This document shows, piece after piece, positions 36,377-47,596 of a DNA stretch of 64,000 bases (positions within the stretch are counted from its first letter, which is position 1; every line of letters starts with the position of its first letter). A model generated the notes under the pieces. That model had not been told where the DNA came from. It searched no databases and saw only the letters and a list, made by a program, of their open reading frames with translations. Both the position numbers and the translations under genes were made by a program. Origin of the DNA: an uncultured virus (IMG/VR IMGVR_UViG_3300021387_000053) (taxonomy: Duplodnaviria > Heunggongvirae > Uroviricota > Caudoviricetes); the IMG/VR virus record IMGVR_UViG_3300021387_000053, one strand, 5' to 3'.

Positions 36377-38188
36377 ATGAAATTTCTTAATTCAGAAGGC
36401 GTTGAAAAACTCTGCGAGAAGATAGGGAGTCTTCTTGCGGGGAAACTCAATATAGCACAAGGAACAGAAAACGTTGGGAAAGTTTAGATCATAAACAGCA
36501 AAGGCGAAGTTCAACCAAGCGAGTTAAGTGGGAACTTCTCTGGAGATTTAGTAGCTGATTCTGGTGGGTCGAATCCTATTAGCGTAAGAGAACTTTCTCA
36601 AAAGGCAACTGAATTCGAAAATGAAATCGAAGAAACCAATGGGCAGCTTGAAACATAGGAACTTCGGGTTTCCGCAAGTGAGGAAGCTACACAAAGTCTT
36701 GCGGAAGCTATTGAAAGCGAATCCAGAGCGACTGACATAAAGTTCGGTGATCTTACTGAATTAACGACCGACACGAAGTCGGATATTGTTTCTGCAATTA
36801 ATGAAAATGTTGATGCTGTAAAAGAGTTAGCAGAAACGGCAGACCAGTTGGATTCTCGTATAGGGAACAACTCAACATAGATTTCAGAACTCGAAACTGC
36901 GACAGATTATTTGTCACAAGGCTTAGAAAGTTTAGACAGTAAATCAGATACACTTCTGAACAGGACAAATGAAAATACAAAAGCTATTCAAGAGAACACC
37001 CAGGCTATCGAAGACATTAATAAATATCTCCCAGACGCTGAAGGCTATATTCCTATTGTTAACGAGATAAAAGAATCTAAGGCAGGAATCGTAACAGACG
37101 AAGAAAACGGAACTGTTTTAACAGGAATTGTATTTGATAAAACTGTAACAAATCCAGTTAACACTTTATATGAAGCCGGCGAGACATCTCAAAAAACATT
37201 TCCGGGGAATAATATTATCGACATTAATAATCGACTGACGATACATAACACACTTTATTATGGCTCTGAAGTGAACATAGCAGCAGGAACAAAATTATAT
37301 GTCAGAAGAAAAGGCGGTTCGTCCATCTCTATAAGAGGATTGAATGAACACGATGAAATTGTGACTGCTATTACAAGTTATTACGTGACTGAGAGTAAAG
37401 TAATAATAACCGCAAATGAAAATTTAACCGCAATTTTTATTACTTCTGATACCAGAAATGCTTTTGTTCAAAGGAATGGGAAGTTGATGATAAGCAAAAA
37501 TGATTTTACGGAAATTGAGAGTTACGTTGGGGGAGAAACTTCTCCTAATATATATTATCCGCAAGCTGTAACTTCTCTTCTTGGTTACGATACAATTCAG
37601 GAAACGTCAGAAGGATATACGTATTCTAGATCTTCGTCGTTCAAACCAGAAGATCCGTTACAATTTTATGCAGTAAAAATTGAGGACTCTAGTGGGAACA
37701 CAAGATGGGTAGGCACAAAAGCCAAGATCCCTGTTCTTTATGAGGGAGATAAAATTGATTTCGCTACAGGCGAAGTTAAGCGTAAGAATTTAAGAATTGA
37801 TTATCCTGCTAATCAAATGCCGTGGGAGTTAAGAAATGACGGATATATTGGCTGTCGGCTTACTGAATTAAAAGGCGGTGGCTTTAGTTCTAATGTTTAT
37901 TCGAATATTTCTATTCCAGATAATATAAGTATTATGCCTGAGAGTGGTTATATTTGGATTAAATCAGATAAGTTATTAAATGCATGGACTTCTGCTTTAG
38001 GGAATAAGAATGTTTATTTCGTTATACCTCTCACTAAAGAATCCGAATCGACAATAGAGATTGTTGGCAAGTTTCCCACAGGGGATTCTGGTGCTTTAAC
38101 TATTACAGGCAATGGAATTCTTAACTTGGAATATATAATCGATTTAAAAACATTTATTATTAATACAGTTCAAAGCGTTCTTACTTGA
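36377..38188 (+). CDS. Tail fibre / receptor-binding-like protein, 603 aa, TAGs at 36485, 36656, 36878
   Basis: Coiled-coil N-terminus with GDLTELTTDTKSDIVSAINE; YVGGETSPNIYYPQ fibre-type motif. Confidence 0.7.
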
Positions 38189-38201
38189 AGGGGGAATATA
38201 A

Positions 38202-38657
38202 ATGACGGTTAAAGATTTTATTGAATCGGTTATTGCTTAGGGAAAATATAAAGCAGACGAATAGACAGAGAAGATTGATCAGCTCTGGATCGAGGGGAAG
38301 ATTACTGATCAGGAACGGAGTCAGTTAATTACTTCCGCAAATAACAATGCCAGAAATGAGGAGCAAGTCGATCTGTATAAAAAGCTTGTAGACCTTGAAG
38401 CACGTATCTTTGCGCTTGAGCAGAAGGACGAGCCTGAAATAGAATATCCTGTTTGGACTCAAGGATATACAACTAAAAATGGTGAGATTGTTCAGTATGA
38501 CTATGACAATGACGAGATTATGGATCTTCTGCGTTATGATGGCGGACGTGAGCAGACATCTCTTCGACCGGGGAAAATTGAAGGATGGCATGTGGTAGAT
38601 ACCACTGGGAAAATCCTCGGAACTTTTTATAACGGAGAATTTACTCCCGCCAACTAA
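38202..38657 (+). CDS. Hypothetical fibre-associated protein, 151 aa, two TAGs
   Basis: GGGGG SD; KIDQLWIEGKITDQERSQL motif; absent from the ORF track. Confidence 0.65.
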
Positions 38658-38680
38658 TATAAGAGAAAGGTGGCGGTCTG

Positions 38681-38854
38681 ATGAAATTTTTGGATATAGA
38701 TGGACTTGCTTTGTAGGTTGACAAGATAAAAGAAAAACTTACAAGAAAACTCGACAAGAACCAAGGAGCGGAACATGTCGGGGACTTTATGACGGTTGAT
38801 GAATCTGGCGATATAACTCCTTCTAAAATAGAGTTTATTGCCCGTTATGAATAA
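38681..38854 (+). CDS. Small protein paralogous to the N-terminus of the 36377 gene, TAG at 38714
   Basis: MKFLDIDGLAL*VDKIK...QGAEHVGDFMTVDESG aligns with MKFLNSEGVEKLCEKIG...QGTENVGKV*IINSKG. Confidence 0.65.
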
Positions 38855-38874
38855 ATAGTTAAGGAAGTGGTTAT

Positions 38875-41217
38875 ATGGCTTATCAAATTCACCAAGTTAA
38901 AAAAGGTGACACAATTAAAGCTCAAACTACAATCGAGCAAGATACCCAGATTAAATTAAACGAAGAAAATATTGAGGCTCTCTCGAATGGTAAAATAGCA
39001 GAGCCTAAAAGCGATGGTACTAATGGGCAAGTACTTACTACGGACGGCAACGGTGGACGTACATGGAAAACGATTGCGGCTGCTGATCCTGCCGTTATCG
39101 GTGAGGCGGTATCGGACTGGCTTACCGATCACCCGGAAGCTACTACAACCGTGGCGGATGGGTCGATTACTGAACAGAAACTTGCATCTTCCGTGGCGCA
39201 GAAAGTGAATGCTGTTACTCAACTTTCTGACGAGATTGATGATGTAAAGAGCGCAAAGTATGACAAAATAACAAAGTCTGAGTCAAATGTCAGCAGAGTA
39301 AGCTTTTTCGACAATGTCGGTGAAAATCCAATCGAATCACTCACCGTATCCTGCAAGTTTTCGCAGTCTGGTAGTGGCACTCCATCATTTGGCAATGTCA
39401 GACCAATCACAGGCGTTTCGTCTGTCGCTGTCACGTACAACAGCGTGATAACAAACGTTCTGCTCAAAGTCAGCGGGAGTGAAACTGCCGTTTATGATGC
39501 GGTGGTTGACCTTGTTTCTGGCGTTGCAACTGTTTACGGTGTAATGGACACGTTTACAGGAAGTTCTGTCAACGACTTCGGAACAGGAACTGTTAATAAC
39601 TATGTTCGAGTCCCGATGAGTTTTCTCCCGAAATCCGGCACTTGGTCAAAGATTGTCGGTAATGTTGCTGTGCCGTCAAATAGCAGCGACGTGAGCGGCA
39701 CGTTCTATCAACCATCGGTGTCCAATAAAAACATCCGCATTTACGATGCGTCTTTTACCTCGAAAGATGTGGCAAAGTCCATTATGGACGCTACACCTGT
39801 GCAAATGTATTACAAAGTCACTCCGTTCTCGTTGCAACTTGACCCGACAGAACTGAAAACGATTCAAGGACAGAACATCATCACAGTTGGCACAGGCAAG
39901 TTTTCCATCGCCTATTCGCTCGACTTTGAAACAGTAGTGCAGAACAGCGTTTCAGAAAGCAATGGTCTCTCAACGGATGCAACTTTTTACGCAGAAAAAG
40001 TACCAACCTATTACATCGAACCCGCTTCTGATCCGACTTCGTATGCCGAAGCACAGGGTTATCTTGACGATAAAATCGCACAGATTCCCAAGCAGGGAAA
40101 GAGTTTTATTTTCATCACAGATGTCCATTGGGATGGGAACGAGAAGCACTCGACTGACCTCATCAATTACATCCGCAAACGTACAGGAATCCAAAAGGTG
40201 CTTTTTGGTGGTGACATTTACGGCAACGCCACATCCAATTATGCCGCGATGAAAAAAGCCGCATCCTATATGGACGGCGCGAAACGGGCTTTTGGATACG
40301 GATTCATCCCGACTGTCGGTGACCACGACAACAATACGGTTAATGTCAGTGACGATGCCGCACATTTTTTGCCGTATGAGCAGTTAGAACAGCTTTTTGT
40401 TGGTGACCTTGAGCGCAGACCAGAATACCATTTTTACGATCCTTCTGAGAAACTGGCAAATTACGCAACGCCAGGAAGTGATGACTATAATGGTGCTATG
40501 GCATTTTTTCACACAGTCTACTATGTGGACGATAATGTTCAGAAAATCCGTTACATCTCTCTGAATTGCGGATGCGGCGGCGTGTATGGGTCAATGTACA
40601 ACATTTTCGGGTCGGCAGGAACAGATCTGCTCAGATTGCAAGCAGACTGGTTAGTCGAAACGCTGATGTCAACTCCTGCGTATTGGGATGTCATCGTTCT
40701 GTCCCACAAGGCAAATGGTTCTGACTCAGGCACGGCAAGCACCGTTATCAATTCCATTATCTACGGTTTCAAACGCAAAAATTCCAACGTCTATCCGCAT
40801 CCGTCAAGCGCTCAACTCCAAAACATTGATTCATGGTGGCCCAACACGACAAGCTACAACATGAGTTCAGCGCCAGATGTCGGTCGCGTGATTTGCTTTG
40901 ATGGTCACACCCATGTCGATAGACTGTCCTATTTTGGCAGAACGAATAGCACTTATTCTGGCAGCTTGACAACGCTTGCCTCGGGTGGGACGGTCATTCA
41001 ACCTACTGTTGAGTCTGGTGATACATTCACGGATTTGCAAATCCCTGTCATCCATACGGCAACAGACTCTATCGGTGCCGCAGAATCTGGCTCACCGTCA
41101 ATGACGCAGGGGACTGTAACAGAGCAGTGCTTCGATGTCATCACTCTGGTCAATGACGGAGTCGTGCTGACACGCATCGGTGCGGGCGATGACCGCAGAT
41201 TCTACATCACGACATAA
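38875..41217 (+). CDS. Fibre-like virion protein with C-terminal metallophosphoesterase domain, 780 aa
   Basis: GQVLTTDGNG and VSDWLTDHPEATTTVADGSITEQKL N-terminal motifs; FITDVH, GGD, GDHD, GHTH motifs. Confidence 0.8.
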   Translation: MAYQIHQVKKGDTIKAQTTIEQDTQIKLNEENIEALSNGKIAEPKSDGTNGQVLTTDGNGGRTWKTIAAADPAVIGEAVSDWLTDHPEATTTVADGSITEQKLASSVAQKVNAVTQLSDEIDDVKSAKYDKITKSESNVSRVSFFDNVGENPIESLTVSCKFSQSGSGTPSFGNVRPITGVSSVAVTYNSVITNVLLKVSGSETAVYDAVVDLVSGVATVYGVMDTFTGSSVNDFGTGTVNNYVRVPMSFLPKSGTWSKIVGNVAVPSNSSDVSGTFYQPSVSNKNIRIYDASFTSKDVAKSIMDATPVQMYYKVTPFSLQLDPTELKTIQGQNIITVGTGKFSIAYSLDFETVVQNSVSESNGLSTDATFYAEKVPTYYIEPASDPTSYAEAQGYLDDKIAQIPKQGKSFIFITDVHWDGNEKHSTDLINYIRKRTGIQKVLFGGDIYGNATSNYAAMKKAASYMDGAKRAFGYGFIPTVGDHDNNTVNVSDDAAHFLPYEQLEQLFVGDLERRPEYHFYDPSEKLANYATPGSDDYNGAMAFFHTVYYVDDNVQKIRYISLNCGCGGVYGSMYNIFGSAGTDLLRLQADWLVETLMSTPAYWDVIVLSHKANGSDSGTASTVINSIIYGFKRKNSNVYPHPSSAQLQNIDSWWPNTTSYNMSSAPDVGRVICFDGHTHVDRLSYFGRTNSTYSGSLTTLASGGTVIQPTVESGDTFTDLQIPVIHTATDSIGAAESGSPSMTQGTVTEQCFDVITLVNDGVVLTRIGAGDDRRFYITT

Positions 41218-41375
41218 ATAACACTTTAACTTACTTTCTGAAAAGATTGCTGATCAGTATGGAACTATACCTACCAGTAGGTAGCGGTAGCAATCGATCA
41301 ACGCATGTGGTATAATGATTGTGACAGAGCCTGACACGCTGAGCCATTATGGATGCGGACTAAGTCAGGACATTT

Positions 41376-41479
41376 AATGCGGTGGCGGAATAGGTAGACG
41401 CTGCGCGAGGCTTGTGACATTTTGCCATTAAGTTGAGTGGGTAGCAAGCTATGTCAGGTGCAAATCCTGACCCGCATTA
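41376..41479 (+). ncRNA. tRNA-mimic RNA A (no anticodon arm)
   Basis: AATGCGG/CCGCATT acceptor, Leu-type D arm, GTCAGG-TGCAAAT-CCTGAC T arm; TGGTATAAT extended -10 about 60 nt upstream. Confidence 0.7.
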
Positions 41480-41497
41480 TCGTTTTAAGGTGATTAC

Positions 41498-41665
41498 ATG
41501 ACAGATGATGAACTGTACAACCTCGTCCGAGATAACTACAACAAGGTAAACAGAGACTATCTGCTTGAACAGACAGCAAAAGCCTGTGAGTACTGCCCGA
41601 ACAATCCCCGAAACGGTGGATCAGGCGTATGCCACTGTTTGCTTGGAACACCCGTGGTGTATTGA
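41498..41665 (+). CDS. Small Cys-rich phage protein (55 aa)
   Basis: AAGGTG SD; CEYCPNNPRNGGSGVCHCLLG motif. Confidence 0.65.
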   Translation: MTDDELYNLVRDNYNKVNRDYLLEQTAKACEYCPNNPRNGGSGVCHCLLGTPVVY

Positions 41666-41674
41666 AAGAAGTGA

Positions 41675-41944
41675 TTGCATGTGTTGCAGACCGACGATGT
41701 AAAGATTGTCCGAACATACTGGAACAAATCAAAGCAAGAAGCGTTTGAATGTCCATGGTGTGGCAGAAAGAAAATCTTTCTTTGGAAATCTCACGCACGG
41801 AAATTCAAACGCTATTCGATAGGGTGTTCATGGTGTAATGTTTCCAGTGGTAGGGCTTTCACTGAAAAAGGCGCGGTTCGTAAATGGAATCGTTTCTGCA
41901 AATGGATGAAGAATAATTCCGATGTTCATCCTGCATGGCTTTAA
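41675..41944 (+). CDS. Lar-like (restriction alleviation family) Zn-ribbon protein
   Basis: CPWCG...CSWC...AVRKWNR pattern. Confidence 0.6.
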   Translation: MHVLQTDDVKIVRTYWNKSKQEAFECPWCGRKKIFLWKSHARKFKRYSIGCSWCNVSSGRAFTEKGAVRKWNRFCKWMKNNSDVHPAWL

Positions 41945-42120
41945 ACCACAGGGTCATCCTTGTGCTTTTCAAGCCATTCTTGCAATGCTTTCCGCACAAC
42001 CCATGACAATGTCCGTTCGTGTTTCTCGCAATACTCAATCGTTCGTTCATAGTCTTCTGGGGTGAAGGACACGCTGATCTTCTGGGCGTGGGTTTCCCAA
42101 GGTGTACGTTGACGGGGCAT
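41941..42120 (-). CDS. Ribbon-helix-helix (CopG-like) regulator
   Basis: KISVSF...YCEKHERTLSWVVRKALQEWLE. Confidence 0.75.
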   Translation of the reverse strand: MPRQRTPWETHAQKISVSFTPEDYERTIEYCEKHERTLSWVVRKALQEWLEKHKDDPVV

Positions 42121-42288
42121 ATTCACACTTCCTTTCTTCGATGAGCATACCAGAAGGATTGAGTGGTAGCAAGTGGCAAGATAAGCCAGATGCCCGCAAC
42201 CCATTGTGGCACAACGGTTTGCAAGAATTTTCCAATGAAAAGATTGTTAAACACTACGACAACGTAACCATTTAACCAGATCACACAA

Positions 42289-42319
42289 AAAAGGGAGGAT
42301 TCATTCCTCCCTTTTCTCT
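42289..42319. terminator. Bidirectional terminator
   Basis: AAAAGGGAGGAT/ATTCCTCCCTTTT hairpin with A and T tracts. Confidence 0.65.
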
Positions 42320-42484
42320 TCATTGATTTCGTTCTAGCCACTCGGCCAGGGCTTTCTGGATAACCCAGGAAAGCGGTCTCTCGTTCTTTTTAGCGTACTG
42401 TCTCAGCTGCTGATCCAGATCCGGAGGCAGTGACACGATCAGGCGGAGATTCTTCTCGCCTTCAGCTTTTGCCGGTCTTGACAC
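42320..42484 (-). CDS. Ribbon-helix-helix (CopG-like) regulator, paralog of 41941..42120
   Basis: RLIVSLP...YAKKNERPLSWVIQKALAEWLE. Confidence 0.75.
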   Translation of the reverse strand: MSRPAKAEGEKNLRLIVSLPPDLDQQLRQYAKKNERPLSWVIQKALAEWLERNQ

Positions 42485-42494
42485 CTTGATCACT

Positions 42495-42568
42495 TCCTTT
42501 CGTTTCGGTATTGTAACATATTGCACGTTATGATACAATATATCACGCAACATACCGAAACGAAAGGA
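42495..42568. promoter_or_regulatory. 17-bp inverted repeat enclosing overlapping divergent sigma-A-type promoters
   Basis: TCCTTTCGTTTCGGTAT (42495-42511) and ATACCGAAACGAAAGGA (42552-42568); TTGTAA-N17-TACAAT on + and TTGTAT-N17-TACAAT on -. Confidence 0.75.
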
Positions 42569-42577
42569 GCACAGAAT

Positions 42578-43591
42578 ATGTCGAACGAATATGAGATGTT
42601 TAGGAATTCTTTCGTGGCCATGGTCACAGAGAAAATGCCAGGAATCACAGTAGAACAGATGCAGGAGATTATTTCGTGCATGGACGTATGTGCAGCTCCA
42701 TACGAGATCAATCGGGCTGAGCTTGCGCTCTCTGTGCCTGTTGGCGAAGTGCCAGAACTGATCAAATTGTACATCGCAACTAAGACGGTTGAGGGACAGT
42801 CAAGGGAAAGTTTGAATAATCGGCTGACCCATCTTAAAGCTTTCTGTAGGTACGTTAAGAAACCGCTTGACAAGATCGAACCGCAGGATATCCGTGTTTT
42901 CCTGTACCAATATCAGCAGGATCGTGGAATATGTAGTGCTTCCTTGGATAAGCTCCGAAGCGAAGTCTGTTCGCTGTTTCATTGGTGTGCAGCTGAGGGA
43001 TACCTGAATAGGGATCCGGCAATCACAATCAAGCCGATCAAGTGCGAAAAGAAACAGCGTCAAAGTCTGTCGCAGATCGAACTGGAGTATATCCGAAAGG
43101 CATGCCAGACGATCAGAGAAAAAGCCATGATCGAATTCATGTATAGTACTGGATGCCGCGTGAGTGAAATGTGCATTGTAAAGCTGTCCGATGTTAACTT
43201 CCAGAGTGATGAGGTTCATCTGTTCGGCAAGGGGAGAAAGCATAGGACTAGCTATCTCAACGCCAAAGCGCATGTAACGTTGCAGGAGTATCTGAAAGTT
43301 CGCAAGGGAAACTCTGAATATCTGTTCGTTAGCGATCGTCGACCTCATGGACAGTTAGGCAAGGCGGGTATCGAATCCATTGTGCGGGATATTCGGGAGC
43401 GTGCTGGTATCACAAAAGCAGTGACACCGCACATTCTTCGGCATACTACTGCCACTCAGGCTGTGAGACACGGAATGCCTATCGAAGAGGTACAGAAGTT
43501 GCTCGGTCATGAGAATGTAGCAACGACTATGATTTACGTGGAAACGGCTCAGGACGATGTGCGCTCTGGCCATGCAAAAGCTGTTGTATAA
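42578..43591 (+). CDS. XerC/D-like tyrosine recombinase, 337 aa
   Basis: TGCRVSE, GKGRKHR, HILRHT, LLGH, TMIY catalytic motifs. Confidence 0.92.
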   Translation: MSNEYEMFRNSFVAMVTEKMPGITVEQMQEIISCMDVCAAPYEINRAELALSVPVGEVPELIKLYIATKTVEGQSRESLNNRLTHLKAFCRYVKKPLDKIEPQDIRVFLYQYQQDRGICSASLDKLRSEVCSLFHWCAAEGYLNRDPAITIKPIKCEKKQRQSLSQIELEYIRKACQTIREKAMIEFMYSTGCRVSEMCIVKLSDVNFQSDEVHLFGKGRKHRTSYLNAKAHVTLQEYLKVRKGNSEYLFVSDRRPHGQLGKAGIESIVRDIRERAGITKAVTPHILRHTTATQAVRHGMPIEEVQKLLGHENVATTMIYVETAQDDVRSGHAKAVV

Positions 43592-43763
43592 AGGAGTGAT
43601 AAAATGAAGAACTTTCTGATCAGGAAGATCAGCGAACCAGAAACAGTTGGGTAGTTGGGCTTCAATTCAGATCTCAGTGGACGCTGAGACACTACAAATT
43701 ATATGCAGAGGTTATCTAAAGCGATAGCCTTTATTCTTATATTTAGATTAAGGAGATGATTAT

Positions 43764-46385
43764 ATGGCTTATCAGATTCATGACGTAATAGATGGCGATG
43801 TGATTTAGGCTCAAACTACGGTTGAACAAGATACACAGATCGCTGCCAACGAATCAGCCATTGGGCAACTTCGTACTACAGTGCAGCAGATCCAGCATGA
43901 CATGCCTGATACTACGCAGATCGAAAGCGACGTGAGTGCGCTCCAGACTTCTGTCAGCGGACTCTCTAGTACGGTTAACGGGATTAATACGACTCTTGGG
44001 ACTAAGATAAATGAGCCGACCACGGAAGGAAAGAACGGTCAGGTTCTTACTACTGATGGCAACGGACATCGTACATGGAAGACAGTTCAGGGTAGCGGTG
44101 GATCAAGCGTTGAGATCGACGATACGCTTACGCAACAGGGCGAAGCAGCGGATGCCAAGGCAGCAGGTGACGCTCTTGCAACGAAGCTCACGAAGCCTGC
44201 TACGGATGGCACGAATGGACAGGTGCTGATGACGGATGGACAGGGCGGAGCTAGTTGGCAGGATGCTCTGGATGGCACGGCGGTTGAGAGTGCTGTTGGG
44301 AGTTATATTAATGCTCATCCTGAAGTAATTGCGGTTGCGGATGGTTCTATCAGCAGAGCAAAGCTTGACACTGATCTTGGTGATATCGTCGACCAGATCG
44401 ACCCGCTGTCATCTACCATCGAAGAAGCATTCGGGTCTACTTCCGAACAGACGATCGCCATTGCCGACATTACGTTCACAGAGGGCAAGACCATCTCAAC
44501 GACTGCGGCAACGATCGGGAACATTATAAACGGTTCTTCCTACTCTGTGTCCGACCCGATTACATTAACAAACGCCAAGACACTCAACATCAGCTACAAT
44601 GGGACTATTGATCCCACTGCGAAAGCTTTCTTCTATACGCCGTCTGGCAGCTATGTAAGTCACTTCAATGTTCTCCGTGATACAAAGGCAACTCCTATAG
44701 ATATTCCTGCAACTGCCGGGTATTTCAGGTTCTGTGTAATGACTTCAAGAATCTCAAAGATGAACCCGATCGTCATCTCTGCTGAAGTCAAAGGGACTCT
44801 GGAAATTGAGTTTGAGAAGAAGGTTGACATTGATCAAGGCGTTGAGAACGCTGGCAAAGTCCTTGCTGTTGACGGGGCCGGGAAGGTTGGTCTCCGCTCG
44901 TCTACTGTGACCGTCAAACCGAAGTACATGCTTTCTCATCCGATAAAGCCCCTGATGCCTGAAATTATGGCGAGCTTTGGCTGGTGCAGTATGTATATCC
45001 CGGATGCATGGACTAAAGCAGATATCACGATGTCTGTCAGCGGTAGTGCGGATTCTGACAGCTTGACTGTTTCCTCGTTTGCGGCGGTTCATTGCGACAC
45101 AGATGCAGACCTCTCTTCTACTGTGAACCTTGCCCAGCTCACTTCCGACTTTGGATGGGTCGGTGGTGTTCTGTCTGCTGATGGGATTCATTTCCACACT
45201 GTCAACTTCAAGGCAGATCCGAACGATGCCACGAAGCTGATCGTGTTCCCGAAGCTTACCGAAGAAATCACGAACGGTGTTCTGTCCACGATGCTGACGG
45301 ACTCTACCTCTACTTCCGTTGGACTGCATCTTACGACAAACGGTTACAAAGCATATGCCCAGCATATCTTTGCCCAGAACCCGAAACATTGCGAGGTTGG
45401 CAAATACGTTGCCCGGTTCTCCGGCACGGAAGTTGATGTGACAGATCCTACCGTATTCCCTTGGCAGAAGATTGGCTCCGGCTATCAGACTGATCAGTAT
45501 CGTTATGTTAACGAGAATATGAATAAGGAATGGCTTCAGAGAACCGTAACAAATGCATGCTTGTATATTGCATATGCAAGTTATTCTCCTTGGACTGGGA
45601 AGACTGGCGTTTTCTGGGAGCAGAACCTTCAGGGCAACAGCGGTTATCTTGAAGCGTTCATCTTCCCTGTGTGCAACCAGATTGAACTTCCCGAAGGTAT
45701 GGAAGTGCATGTTGTTGTTACGATTGACGGAGTTGAGAAGCTCCATGAAATCCTGACAACCTCCATCTGCCGCAGGATCATCTGTGACTACGAGGGAGCT
45801 GGGACTGCCAAGCTTGAGATCTACAGCAATAGCTGGGGGCCTGTCAATGGTGGCAAGTATGGCTTTGGTATAGGTCGGGTCACTTGGTGGGTAAACGAAC
45901 TTGAATATCCTGACACTCAACTGTTCCCCAAGGGAGCGGTTATTGCACAGGAATTTGACTCTTGGGGAACTGTGCGACATGCGGCGAGTGCCACAGAGTT
46001 CAAACGGTTGCAGTGTGAAAACAGTGTTGTAACGGTTGATTACACGAACTACTCCAAGGGAAGTCAGACCAGTGCGTGGGCTTTGGCTTGGTTCTATGAG
46101 AACGTTATCAAGTACCATCCTGCGATCAGCATCCACGACTTTGTCATCAATGACACGAACTCAAAAAATTCCAGCCTTGTCCCTGATACTGTTGCTGGCC
46201 CTGACGGCAATGCCTATAACAACAAGCTGACAAGTGCCCAGTATTGTGAGAACATGAAGCTCCTTGCCCAACTTGCCATCAGCAACGGCATTCAACCGAT
46301 CTTTATGCGGAACATGCAACACGGTGCAAGCAACTATCAGACCTTCTCTAATTCTCTGATCAACTCTATGTCTACTCAGATCTAA
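43764..46385 (+). CDS. Second fibre-like virion protein with C-terminal SGNH-hydrolase-like domain, 873 aa, TAG at 43806
   Basis: MAYQIH N-terminus paralogous to the 38875 gene; FDSWG, NYSKGSQTS, DFVIND blocks. Confidence 0.75.
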
Positions 46386-46439
46386 TGTCTATAGGGCTGT
46401 CACTCATGTGGCAGTCCGTCTTTGAATTGAGGTGATGAT

Positions 46440-46715
46440 ATGGCTCTTGTAATTAAAGTTGGCGGTAAGCCAGCTATCAGCAATCTGTGCGAAATCATGG
46501 TGCCTGACGGTACGAGCATCAACAACGCTAAGATCGATTACCGCTTCGTCGGCCCTGGCTCGATTGCCTACACGACTTGCGGCGACAAGATGTGGCGGCT
46601 CGGCGAGAACATGCGCTGGGTTCGGGTCGTTAACACTAGCGGTGGAGGAGGCGGTGGCAGCGGAACTTCTACTAGTTACGGTGCTGCCGTATATGGCACA
46701 GCAGTTTATTCGTAA
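46440..46715 (+). CDS. Hypothetical protein
   Basis: GAGGTG SD; GPGSIAYT motif; Gly linker; YGAAVYGTAVY tail. Confidence 0.65.
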   Translation: MALVIKVGGKPAISNLCEIMVPDGTSINNAKIDYRFVGPGSIAYTTCGDKMWRLGENMRWVRVVNTSGGGGGGSGTSTSYGAAVYGTAVYS

Positions 46716-46745
46716 TAATTTAAATTAATAAGCGAGGTGTCTGAG

Positions 46746-46925
46746 ATGAAGACGATTGGAAGATTTTGTGGTACATGGCATTTAGGTTATTCATATTCTG
46801 AAGGAGATACAGTCCGCTATGAGAACGAATATTACAAGGCTTTGTCTCAGATACCTTGCTATTCCAATGATCCTGCTAATAACCCTTAGTGGGAAAAGAA
46901 AACTAAAAGGGGTGATATAAAATGA
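46746..46925 (+). CDS. Small CBM5/12-like carbohydrate-binding protein, TAG at 46887
   Basis: W...YSYSEGDTVRYE..YYKAL...P*W pattern; its TGA overlaps the next ATG. Confidence 0.6.
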
Positions 46926-47584
46926 GCGCAAGAAATAAATATTTCCCCGTTGTGTTTGAGAATGGCGAAACAGTAGCGAGTTCTGAAACTCCTGCTTATC
47001 AATGGGATAAAGGCGTTGTACTTGTATTGAGCGGAATAGAAATTCCTAATGGTTCTATCCTTGAAGCAAACTGTTATTATGATTCTCAAGAGAATTCAGT
47101 TACATCTGCTGTTAGTGTGCAGGATAATCAGATTCAGGTATCTGTTCCTGATATTGTAATGACAAAAGGAGTGCAAGTCTTTGCTACAGTACAAATTACA
47201 AAAGACGATTCCACAATTACTATATATGAAGCAAGACTTCCTCTCATCCGCAGAGCTAAACCTCATGATTATGAAATGAGTGATAGCCAAAAAGAAGCGG
47301 TCGATGGGTTGATCTCCGCCGTCAATGAAGCAATGTCTTCGATTAACAAGTTCACACATTTAGATGCAACACTGGAAACCATTGATGAACTCGAAGAGCC
47401 GGATGTAACGCTTTCTTCGACAGAGGATACTACGTCTTTTGATTTTGTATTCCCAACCTGGATTCCTATGACCGACGAAGAGATCGACAGCTAGCTTGAC
47501 AAAATAGTACCCGCAGAAGATGAGAGTATTATTATTGGCGGGGCTATTTCTCCAGAAGAAATCGAAGATCTTATGAACTGGTAA
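46922..47584 (+). CDS. BppU-like baseplate/fibre adaptor, TAG at 47492
   Basis: YQWDKG.VL...VPD...RAKPHDY motifs; TAA 47582-47584. Confidence 0.65.
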
Positions 47585-47596
47585 GCGGGTGAGGAT

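Noticed and set aside
43610..43620. AACTTTCTGA after the recombinase as a fourth cassette site
   Set aside because: Only 10 nt match and the AGATTG half is missing; likely chance.
34407..46385. Diversity-generating retroelement acting on the fibre genes
   Set aside because: No reverse transcriptase and no adenine-mismatched TR/VR pair was seen.
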